IMG/VR virus record: IMGVR_UViG_3300033273_000350
Location: 1 to 55,830 of that record
Source of the DNA: a virus
Lineage: Duplodnaviria > Caudoviricetes
DNA length: 55,830 bases
Strand: one strand, 5' to 3'
In this document: piece after piece, positions 16,801 to 25,000 of the stretch
Layout of the letters: every line of letters begins with the position of its first letter
How positions within the stretch are numbered: position 1 is the stretch's first letter
Position numbers and translations under genes: made by a program
The notes under the pieces: model-generated
What the model saw: only the letters and a program-made list of their open reading frames with translations
The model's database searches: none
Told to the model about the DNA's origin: nothing

Positions 16801-19800
16801 TCAAAGATCCGTCAGCAACCTTGACATAATCACCATTGCTAAATCCATGACCAGCAACAGTAAGTGTTACAAGACCAGTTGCTGCGTTATATGGAGCATC
16901 TGTGACTGTGTGTGATGTGCTACCAACAGCAGTAATTTCAATGGACTTACCAGCCATTGGATCAGTGCCAGGACGTGGATATGTGTGCTGAGTAGCATTT
17001 CCATCCTGATCACAAGTGAAGGTGAAGGAGTTATCTTCCAGAACAACATGGCGTCCAACACCCAATCCATGCTGACCAACTGTGACAGTCATATCACCAG
17101 TTGTTGAGTTATAATTTACTGCAGATGGTTGGAAATACTTATTGGCAGCAGAAACACCAGCATTGACGGTGATTGTAGTTGCTGTCTTGCTGGTGATCTT
17201 CATAGAACGACCAGCATATGGGTCGATACCAGGACGTGGATATGTCTTAACCGAATCACGATTATCCATGTCGCAAGTGAACGACAAGGAATTGTCAGCA
17301 ATAACAATACCCTCACCAACCGATAGCGTATGAGTGCCAATCGTTAGTTCTAATGCTCCAGTAGCGGGGTTGTATGTTGCATCAGTTGGTGTAAACTGTA
17401 CGTTAGGACCAGAAGCACCAACATTAACAGTAACTGTATTTGTTGTTGTTCCAGTAATTTGAAGAGCATTACCATATGCTGCTTGACCAGGAGCTGGCAA
17501 TGCATGTTCAGTCTTGTTACCATCCATGGTACAAGTGAACACAAATGATTCTGGTTGTAAACGAATAGAATTGGATGTTGTTAATCCATGACTATTCATT
17601 GTTAATACAAAATCTCCAGTTGCTGGATCATAAGTAGCATCAGATGGAGTGAAGATACCAGCAGGTGTAGAAGCAGAAGAATCTGTTAGAATATTCCAAT
17701 CTTCAAATTTAGGAATTGATGAAGTAGTTGTAATTGGACTATAAATGATCTTAGTTCCATTTGCCAGAGCAGATACAAATGTGTGCGCTACACCAGCAGC
17801 AGTTCCAGCATTTCCAACATTACAACTAATTGTGGTTGTTGCTCCAAGGTTGACTACATCAATAATTGCATAACTCTTTCCAAAATTTGAATCAAAGCGA
17901 TCTGGACTTGCGTGGTCTCCGCCACCATTAGAAGAACAGTTAAATGTAATTGCTCCTTCAGCAAAAGCAATTCTGTCATTTGAACTTTGTGTTAGACCTT
18001 GTGGAAGTGTTCCTGGTGTTGGAATAGTAATCTCGACTACTCCAGTAGTTGAATTGTATGTTGCTGTGCTTGGAGTAACTTGTAAAACGTTTCCATCAGT
18101 CCAATTACGCATAGCAGCAGCTGCGTAATATTCTGCTCTCTGGAAAGCATATCTAGTAGCACCCAACTCAGCTGGAGGTACACCAACTAACGACGTACCA
18201 CTGTAATAACTTTCTGCGGCGGTTACAATACCAGAGTTGCCACCCAATGAAAGGTCCCTAATCAAACCACCAATGATATAGTTAATATCTCTACGACACT
18301 TTCTCTCATCAACGTTGCTGAGTCCAAGACCAGGATATGCTGCAATAGCATCTAGGTATGCTTGATCAGCAATGAGATCTCTGTTGCGAGCAATTAGATA
18401 TGCTGCATCGAGATATGTTCCTGATGTGTTGTTAGCAACAACATCAATATAAAGATATGCAAGAGTATCGATAGCAGATCTTACATCATCACAAGCAACG
18501 CCAGTTACTGGATCTGGAGCAGTAGAAGTGATTACACTGTCATCGAAATATCTTGCAACCGAAGAATACTCGGGAGCATAAACTGAATCACTTGGAGTTC
18601 TGTTGCCAGTTCTCCAATTACACATTGCAAAGATTGCTAGTTCTCTAGCATATTCAATTGCACGTACAGTCTGGATGATTTCATTGTCTACATAATCAAT
18701 TTTTGCACCAACAATATATTTCTTACCAGCTTCAATAATATTATGATTGGTTCCAAATTCCAAGTCTCTTACTAGAGCATTCAGGAAGTGTACAATATCC
18801 TGACGGCATTGCTCGTCATCTACTGGGATGCTAAAACTTGGATAAATCTTTTGACCATTTGCACAAGAAATCAGTAGATCTGCCAGTTTTACGGTATCAT
18901 CTTCACTGACTCCAGCAGCAGTTGCTGTAGTAACTGTAGCAACGCCAGTAACCGCATTATCCCAAGTAAATCCAGTAATATTGACTGTAGATCCACCAAA
19001 GGTTACTGTTCCTCCACTTACATAAGTATGTGGATATGCACTCAATCCAAGGTAGATGTCAAAAGAATTTCCAGATACGTTGTATACAGAATAATATTCT
19101 TTTGCAAACTCTGCATTAATTTTTCCTACAACTTCATCTGCAATAAAGTCTCTGTTGTTACGAATGAAGGTGACAGCATCTTGGTATCTTCTGTCTACAG
19201 GGGTTGCAAGAGGGAACTTACTTGGAGAGTTTCTAAGAGATAAAGTGATGCTCTTAGAGTATGATTTTACCTTTGCAAACTGTCCTGGGTCAAAATTACC
19301 AGTTGTGATTGATGGAGCTTTCTTTGGAATTACAAATCTTCTAGCACGACCATCAGCGTCCTCTAATACTTTGTAAATTCTTTGTTTTCCATTCAAGAAA
19401 CTTAAATCTGGATTTAAAGTTGGTAAACCAGAAAGTTCAATTTCTTGACCTTCTTTAAATTCATGAGTATTACTAGCACCAGCAAGTGGGTTTGTATAGA
19501 ATACAATACCACCAAGATCTTCTGAGTTGCCAAACTGCTCATTTTGGAAACCACCAGTAGCAATACTTGCGTCTCCCTGTAAAGAGAAATCAATTTTAGT
19601 AATTGGAAGTTCTGTTGTTACATCATAGTCAACTGAAACGACTTCACCTTCTGCTCTAATAGATGTTGAAGATGTTGAATTAAAACCTGCGGTTGTTGCA
19701 CTAGCAGCGTATACATCAACACCACCAGTAAATGCCTCAAGACTATTAAATGTTGGTGCTCCTAGCAAACCACCAATTCTAACATCCCAATATGCAGGTG

Positions 19801-21550
19801 CTTGTTCAGTAAAAATACCAGTGACTTCATAGAAACCAGCGGTAAAAATATCATCATTTAGATCATCAAGATAAACGAGTGATCCTGCAGGAATTAATGT
19901 AGTTGGATCTGTTGTAAATCTAATTAAATTTTCACCTGCTGCTTGTGTAGCAGTAAGTCCACTTATTTGTGCTCCTTGTGCAGCACTAGTATAATATGTA
20001 AATCCTTCTGAGTTTGAGAAACCACCACTAACAATCTCTACATCAACAGAACCTGTTAAGAATGCAGATGGTCCAGTAATTTGATCAAATGATACAGCAA
20101 TAATTTTAGTTCTAGCACCTAAAATATCGGAAATAGCATCAAGACCAGGAACAAGTTGATTACCACCAGTGTTAGAGTCAAACGTTAATCTGAATCTATC
20201 TGGTCCAATGATTTTATGACCAATTGGGAAGTCAACTCCAAAGTCCCCATTAACTTCATTGTCAATGATTACTCTTTGCTTATCGTCGAACACCATGGCA
20301 TATCGCCATGTTGCAGTACCTTGACCAGTAACAGGGTCAACTTGGTCACGATATGTTACTCCAGTAACATAGTTTTTATCACCGAATTTAAAGATGTCCT
20401 TTCCTGGGTTTTGAGGACGAATAATTACAAGACGGAGGTTATCACCAACAACTGAACAATCTGGTGGCAGAGAGATTGGGTTATCTTCTACATAATCTCC
20501 ACCAGCAACAATAATTGTTTCTTTTACTCCAGGTGTACTCCAAGCAATTTGTGCTGCTCTTTTAATTGTCTGTACAGGAGCAACAGCAGAACGACCATCG
20601 TTTAAGTTAGAACCAATCTGCTCAGAAACATAGATACGTCCACCAACGTCATTTGTCGCTAGATTGAGGACATATTCAGTAGTAGCAATCTTATCGGATC
20701 TATCACCAAGCAAAGGAGTAATAGAACGTGGATATGCACCTGCATTGCCAGTCTGATTGTATTGGAATCCTTCTGGATCATTAACTCTATATCCAATGTG
20801 CTTTAACTGCACACCAGGATCGACAGGTGCGTCTAGAGCATTTCCACTTACAACAATGCCATCTGTATGTGTGGGGAAAGTACCACCAGTTTTACCGTCG
20901 TTTAAAATCTGGTATACATTTGCATCAGCGTATACAAATTCGTCTTTATTGACAATATCATTTGGAGTAAATAGAACTCCAGTATTGTTCGCAAAAGTTT
21001 TTAAGTTAGGAGCTCTTAGCTCCAAGTCAGGAGTAACAAAGTTATCAATATCGAGGTTTAAAACTCTCGCTGTATCTGAAATGATAGACGTTGAGGTTCT
21101 AATGGCACCATTAATGTCAAGTTCATATTCAACTGTATCTAGAGTAGCGGTTGCTGAAGCACCTGCACCGCCACCACCAGAAAATGTAACGTTAGGAGCA
21201 GTAGTATATCCACTACCTGGATCATTAACAGCAACGTTTGAAACTTGACCATTAATGCCAACAAACGCTGTTGCTAGTGCTTGTGTACCACCAGCTGGTG
21301 GTGGATCAATATTAACGGTTGGAATTGATGTATAACCAGAACCACCAGTAACAACACTAATAGTATCTACTCGCTGACCTGTTCTGTTGATGCCAATTCG
21401 TGGCAATCCACTCAGGGAATCTAGTTCTGCTCGGAAAACTTCTCGTTCATCCGAACCAGTACCGATCCTGATTGTAGCTTCATTATCACCGATAAGTTTA
21501 GGGTTTACGCCTCTAATCTTTTCTTTATCGGAATTAATATGAAAACTCAT
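10829..21550 (-). CDS. Giant tail fibre / virion structural protein (3573 aa)
   Basis: Beta-helix-type start (GRIYVSEQIGSNLNDGRS...TIKRA...GGDYVE), GSGYTTAP repeats, fibre motifs GLDADLLDG and VLKTGDTMTG, helical C-x-x-D domains and nested His/Cys repeats; CTAAATA upstream at 21587-21593. Confidence 0.85.
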   Translation of the reverse strand: MSFHINSDKEKIRGVNPKLIGDNEATIRIGTGSDEREVFRAELDSLSGLPRIGINRTGQRVDTISVVTGGSGYTSIPTVNIDPPPAGGTQALATAFVGINGQVSNVAVNDPGSGYTTAPNVTFSGGGGAGASATATLDTVEYELDINGAIRTSTSIISDTARVLNLDIDNFVTPDLELRAPNLKTFANNTGVLFTPNDIVNKDEFVYADANVYQILNDGKTGGTFPTHTDGIVVSGNALDAPVDPGVQLKHIGYRVNDPEGFQYNQTGNAGAYPRSITPLLGDRSDKIATTEYVLNLATNDVGGRIYVSEQIGSNLNDGRSAVAPVQTIKRAAQIAWSTPGVKETIIVAGGDYVEDNPISLPPDCSVVGDNLRLVIIRPQNPGKDIFKFGDKNYVTGVTYRDQVDPVTGQGTATWRYAMVFDDKQRVIIDNEVNGDFGVDFPIGHKIIGPDRFRLTFDSNTGGNQLVPGLDAISDILGARTKIIAVSFDQITGPSAFLTGSVDVEIVSGGFSNSEGFTYYTSAAQGAQISGLTATQAAGENLIRFTTDPTTLIPAGSLVYLDDLNDDIFTAGFYEVTGIFTEQAPAYWDVRIGGLLGAPTFNSLEAFTGGVDVYAASATTAGFNSTSSTSIRAEGEVVSVDYDVTTELPITKIDFSLQGDASIATGGFQNEQFGNSEDLGGIVFYTNPLAGASNTHEFKEGQEIELSGLPTLNPDLSFLNGKQRIYKVLEDADGRARRFVIPKKAPSITTGNFDPGQFAKVKSYSKSITLSLRNSPSKFPLATPVDRRYQDAVTFIRNNRDFIADEVVGKINAEFAKEYYSVYNVSGNSFDIYLGLSAYPHTYVSGGTVTFGGSTVNITGFTWDNAVTGVATVTTATAAGVSEDDTVKLADLLISCANGQKIYPSFSIPVDDEQCRQDIVHFLNALVRDLEFGTNHNIIEAGKKYIVGAKIDYVDNEIIQTVRAIEYARELAIFAMCNWRTGNRTPSDSVYAPEYSSVARYFDDSVITSTAPDPVTGVACDDVRSAIDTLAYLYIDVVANNTSGTYLDAAYLIARNRDLIADQAYLDAIAAYPGLGLSNVDERKCRRDINYIIGGLIRDLSLGGNSGIVTAAESYYSGTSLVGVPPAELGATRYAFQRAEYYAAAAMRNWTDGNVLQVTPSTATYNSTTGVVEITIPTPGTLPQGLTQSSNDRIAFAEGAITFNCSSNGGGDHASPDRFDSNFGKSYAIIDVVNLGATTTISCNVGNAGTAAGVAHTFVSALANGTKIIYSPITTTSSIPKFEDWNILTDSSASTPAGIFTPSDATYDPATGDFVLTMNSHGLTTSNSIRLQPESFVFTCTMDGNKTEHALPAPGQAAYGNALQITGTTTNTVTVNVGASGPNVQFTPTDATYNPATGALELTIGTHTLSVGEGIVIADNSLSFTCDMDNRDSVKTYPRPGIDPYAGRSMKITSKTATTITVNAGVSAANKYFQPSAVNYNSTTGDMTVTVGQHGLGVGRHVVLEDNSFTFTCDQDGNATQHTYPRPGTDPMAGKSIEITAVGSTSHTVTDAPYNAATGLVTLTVAGHGFSNGDYVKVADGSLTYTCVLDGNTVQKSYPRAGYDYPSGRWLEISNVTTNTFDINIGPSSYTGTHTFVSASANGLERQDGTFTINVGGAGTAAGSVHTFVSATAQAIKHEPQSTHYFEGATNNAVSHSPQSVHTFVRTSADSVTAYSSSTPALACANVESTINTEMALLDGILEYAENPSSGTAIVPGSTTQTFGTLYDTVQIITYPDSYIYDTQGTRMAVRADYDDYPIIEASPYTQNASVISSAGGSGAEIDGDKVKQPNCPFPGLEDDGSASFPNQGKSMVAAAFTIVSQGGTGYRIKNDGYVQLVSVFCIFCQDGVLAESGGYASITNSATNFGVYALRANGFRRDAYSFDQATIQSISQTAAGRTTMILTGLGRAPLEHYIAKIPGYSTQASNIEFFIDDVSAVSVAAPFTATITLANGDGNDPLVLVRDSDGATISGLTALQQELTPAGSANSTIAFHRPSIVNSSSHTWEYAGAGISYNALPENGGTKIEAYEQVDGPNQNYGRVYVSGTDELGDFKVGTFARIENRTGAITFTGTVTISEVEFLKLKGGTVVVTGFSADNTLGGANTSDSKLPTQKAVRDFITNNLGAYINKPYSTNAVPRSLVELTDSGKISLDQIPALRPFSVYTVADQAGRLALEGALAGDIAIQQDTQASFILNNDNDSLFLGFPVDPTLTFSNNGVGGVYTGTPTGGRIQATEYRQGVVYQLNITNGGSGYTTAPTVTIASPGGTGVLATAVCTIAGGEVVTLTITENAGYYGGYGYTSAPTVTIAAPPGSGTQATADAFIESRLYGDIINNIKIEDTDSIDDNSVPANVININRAVNTSAFDNANWVSLSAQAVNIGDLTATAGNVISSTLLGTGSANSFTFLRGDTRYAPAVQTVKGAERRYFAPIVANAVGGSSQLIFNEADIIDDAVVGHDVSESVTGIPAGTTINGIASTGGLTTIALNNPITSGVTITAGTFIEFFRNPSPVKIDSLQTKSDFVAEILIANAGTGYTPGDYKNIELTGANVGNGIGLEANIVVDSNGSIESVTITNAGSNFQKYESASLNGDFTITIPTEIGPGSNAVLEAKTTTSTRSHGFIGLDVDRVTDATISADPFGTAGVARFNKVQFEIGSNGSVTLKDQSNTIASGLDADLLDGAQGSVYLDGQNFYQDSIGPLQMQKKVDYDFNVLGSSGETDKVNTNDQNPNSNGAPFEFTNGLTMRTVFDTADGLSTAYPQVVSGIQNANKHLVMSIRTAGDTSTVNGGGVRQLAFGNDDNIYLRGSGAVLNQFGNWAKVWTSENDGPGNAVSGLGPNADLLDTKQGTWYQQPWNLNINDPKTNDPQQLWETYLPRFLDTTKFRNKIELKSYNGTDTSYRIFFRDVLDISATGIYRIGYPGGINLYDNTGAGNVGDFFVDNAIQHIDANDSAESYTILEGRLSSGGSFTNAVFLGTANIQRRFDAYALNEDNNMYTPAEIGNNAGNGFVRLGRRNNIASTPYIHFNSSAAPALDNNNAPTFNSAIVASGGDATEGSGSINVIVVDENEFTVNSSIIWNAGNVNFNSTNVASTASLKSAVMRDTNGDFAAGTITADLTGAASDNVLKTGDTMTGALLITNVAEADQALSVSGRSDFLASVTVEDDLTVNAGTLYVDSTNAKTTVGSTTSGPSIFNVYSDDGSGTYVANNALAVQTSQYKFTVWNAANGGESGMVLRHGTTAGDPAEWGISAERGSANVGDLIFRTKTGISSNAERLRISNSGDTYPGATETQHLGTVSKRWATIFGAVIDAKDSVKISDGSGNNGAEVQFLGAGSGAGGGRSWRFGNALNSGADVFEISASDSLGGVDWRTALATPQAPVLAFNGSTNATAINTTAFSGVDNTDPSNPVNRDYILNVQGDVNINGQLFQDNAEFVTSRWTEASNGNDIYRLSAVGINKADPAYTLDVDGDFNVTGALYVNGIVKWIDASGIINIAGTSINETLTTPQNSILYSYGQITINSGNVVTVGAGTSWTIY
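16420..18085 (-). repeat. Five ~90-aa intragenic repeats (TPxxATYxxxTG...HG...FTCxxD...YPR...HTFVSA)
   Basis: Repeat openings near 18060, 17630, 17375, 17115 and 16890 are visible in the translation. Confidence 0.85.
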
Positions 21551-21595
21551 GGTGCTACCTAGCTCCGCCGTTAAAATCCTCTGTTATATTTAGCA

Positions 21596-22096
21596 TCAAG
21601 ACCAAGCAATACTAATTACTTCAGTAGATACAGCCCATTTAATAAGTTGTGTAGTTCCTGTTCTAATAGTAGAATAACTAAATCTGTTAGTAGCAGTGAA
21701 TGTGTCAATGGTCCAAGATTCTCCTGTTGGAACATCATGTTTGATGATTGTTAGCATACTGGAAAGAACTGTTGTTAGTCCAGAAGAATTGCAATTTACT
21801 GCACTCTCAATTTTTCCTGAGTAAACAGTTCCATTTGGATTTACACCAATGAAATGACCAGTAATAAAATTCATTGTACCACTGGTCAAAGGAATAGTGG
21901 TTCCAACATCATCAATCGCTAAAGTAGCAGTATTACTACCCCTTAAAATATAATTAATTTTATTGCTATCACTAAAGAATCTATTTTTTAATTCAATGGT
22001 GTTTAAATCTTTAGCATTTCTAGATTCATCTACAACAACTGTTTCATCAACAGAAAATCCGCCTAATGAATCAAATTCTTTTAAATTACTTGCCAT
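21596..22096 (-). CDS. Virion structural protein (cyanomyovirus tail region)
   Basis: Clean 166-aa beta-rich ORF tightly packed between structural genes. Confidence 0.7.
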   Translation of the reverse strand: MASNLKEFDSLGGFSVDETVVVDESRNAKDLNTIELKNRFFSDSNKINYILRGSNTATLAIDDVGTTIPLTSGTMNFITGHFIGVNPNGTVYSGKIESAVNCNSSGLTTVLSSMLTIIKHDVPTGESWTIDTFTATNRFSYSTIRTGTTQLIKWAVSTEVISIAWS

Positions 22097-22097
22097 T

Positions 22098-25000
22098 TTA
22101 CTTAATAGTTTGTGTTACTAGGGTGAACGAAACCACGTCTCCATTAGAATGATCATCGGAAAGAGTTAAACTAATTCTAGTTTCATTTAATGCAGTAATA
22201 TCAAAACTTGCAGTAAATCCATCCGCAGAAGTATTTAACGATCCAATCTCTGTGAAGTAAATATCGGTGCCATCATCAATGACAGAATACTTTGCCATAG
22301 ATTTTTTACCACTACTCGACTTACAAACAACAGTAACATCACAACCTTTAGCAGATGCAATACTATAGAGAATTGTAGAAGAATTATTAGTAGATCCTTT
22401 GGTTAAATCAAAAGTTTTTGTAGCAACAGCGTAATCTGCTAGTTCAAAATCTTTTAGGTCACCATCAAAAATTTTAACTCCACTGAAATTTCCTGTACCA
22501 AATCCAGTGTTAAGGTATACATCACCTTGATCATCAAGTCTTAATACTGGATCTACATTCAGTCCACTTGAAAGTCCTAAATCAAGATATTGTTTTGTTG
22601 TGCTAATAAAAGTTGAAGTTGCACTAGTATTATCAATAGTCGTAGCAGAACTATCTAAAGTTAAAATATCCGTATTCAGTGCTAAAGAATTACCGCCACT
22701 AGTTGTGATTGTATCAATGTTTGTAAAGTCAAGTTCAGTCGAAGAAAGTTGAATTGTATTTACATTATCATTATAGAAGTATAAAATATTTTCATTTGCT
22801 GCTGGTGCAGTCTCTGGGATAATATATGTGTTTCCATCAACGTCTCTAACTCCACCAAGAGAAGACCAGTTAGATCCACTATATCCTTCAAACTGTGATA
22901 TCGTTGTATTGTATCTAATCGATCCCTGAGAAGCAGAACCTCTTTGATTTGTATTACCAACAGGAATTACAAGCGAAGTCGGAGCATCAATACTTACTTT
23001 CTTACCAGCGTTTGGAGTTAATACTAAATCCTGAACTAGAGTAGAAATTACATTGTCTAGAATTTTTGTTTCTGCGCTAACAATTAAAGGACAATCTTTA
23101 TTTGGTCCTACTCGCAATTCTTCTACTTCTGTAAACTCAATTGGAGATACTGCAAGAGAATACCAAGTTAATTGTGCAGTTCCGTTATTTAAAACTCCAG
23201 AAGTATGTGTTGGTTCACTTCCTGATGTTGCTGTTGTTCCAGCACCAGTGACTTCATATAAGTTGTTTCTGTACTTTAAGTATTGACCAATAGAAACAGG
23301 AGTATTTGCTGCCCATTCAGTAAAAGATGGAATGCCAAGTCTTCCAGAAGATATTTTCTTTACAGACCTAAAATCCAAATAATTAGGCGTAACTCTGAGC
23401 GTATTGTTGTTATCATTATAGAACCATAATGTATTGTCATTTGCGCCTGGGGATAATTCTGCTAAAATGTAAGTATTTCCATCAATGTCTCTAACACCAC
23501 CCAGAGAAGACCATGATGTTGTAGAAGCATTGTATCCTTCATATTGACCATTTGTTGTATTGAATCTAATAGATCCATTTACTGCATTTGATGGTCTTTC
23601 TAGTGTAGTACCAGTTGGAAGATCTAAAGATGTTACACTATTAACCTTAAGACTTCTTCCAGCAGCAGGTGTAAAAGTAATATCATTAGGACCAGATGTT
23701 GCAATAACCGATCCTGTTATTGTCAGAACATCGCTTACACTGAGAGAATTGGTTGTCTTTAAAATTCCAGCTGTAGTAATGTTTCCATTGGATTCCGCAA
23801 TTGTAATCGTAGAACCAATATTTAAATCTCCACTGAGACTTACTGGAGCAACAATTGAAAGCGCACTAGACGTGATATTAGTTACAGTTAATGTGTTTAC
23901 TGTAGCAGTGTCTGTGCTTACATCTCCACTAACAACAATATCAGAAAGTGAAGCATTAGTTCCAGTAAAAGATACTGCACTAATATCTCCCGTCAGAATA
24001 TTGTTGCGAATAATATTTTGTTGTGTAGTAGATGATACTAATAATTCAAATCCAGATCCAAAAACTTTTGGATTATTGGGATCAATCGTTATTACAGCTT
24101 CATTACCATCCGATCCTCCCATGTCTACATGGTTTGGGCAGTAGTAAAAAAGTGGTGGTGTGGAAGCACTAATTGAAATTTCTACGTAGTTTTGAGATCT
24201 AACAACTCCGTCTGTATAAGGAACACCAGTAAAATTGACATCAGTTGCTCCAGGTGCAATAGGAAACTCAGTTAGTGTAATGGTAGTAGCATCAACAACT
24301 ACATCAACATAAGTGTTTGGTGGAAGAAGACCAACACCAGAAGATACTACAACTTCCATTCCTGCTACAATACCAGTAGTAGAAGCAACTGTAATGTTTT
24401 TACTGGTTAGTGAAAATACGGTACTTACATTTTCTACCAACGTTGGAGAGAACGGACCATCTCTAAATTGAGAGAAAGTAAAATCGTGTCCAGAATTTGA
24501 AGAATTGGAAACATTAAATCTATACTTATTTCCAACATACAAATTTAAATCTGGTGTGATGGAAAATCCACTTCCTGTATTGATAAAATATCTGTATCCT
24601 TGGGCACTTCCAGTATTAATTGTTGCTGTTGTAGAACTTCCTACTTTAATAATAGTGTCTCCTTGAGCAAATCCCAATCCAATATATTCGCATGTAATTG
24701 AAGTAATCAATCCACCAGATTCAATTACTTCAAAAATTTCAGATTGTTGATTTGTTGATACTGTAGTTAACGTTAACTCAACGTCATCTGTTGGTGAAGA
24801 TCCACCAACCAAATTTCCTGGGATAGTTACAGTTTCATTTGCTACGTAATCAACACCACCATTAGTAATAGTGACAGTTCCTACAGATCCTCCTAATACT
24901 CTTTCAACAGAGACAACTAATCCACTCCCAGAACCACCAACTGGTGAAAGATTTGAATATGTATTTCCTTCTTCTGATTGCAATGGAGTTGAACCAGAAA

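Noticed and set aside
9778-21550. Diversity-generating retroelement or invertase system acting on the fibre tip
   Set aside because: No reverse transcriptase or recombinase in the window, and no template/variable repeat pair differing at adenines was seen.
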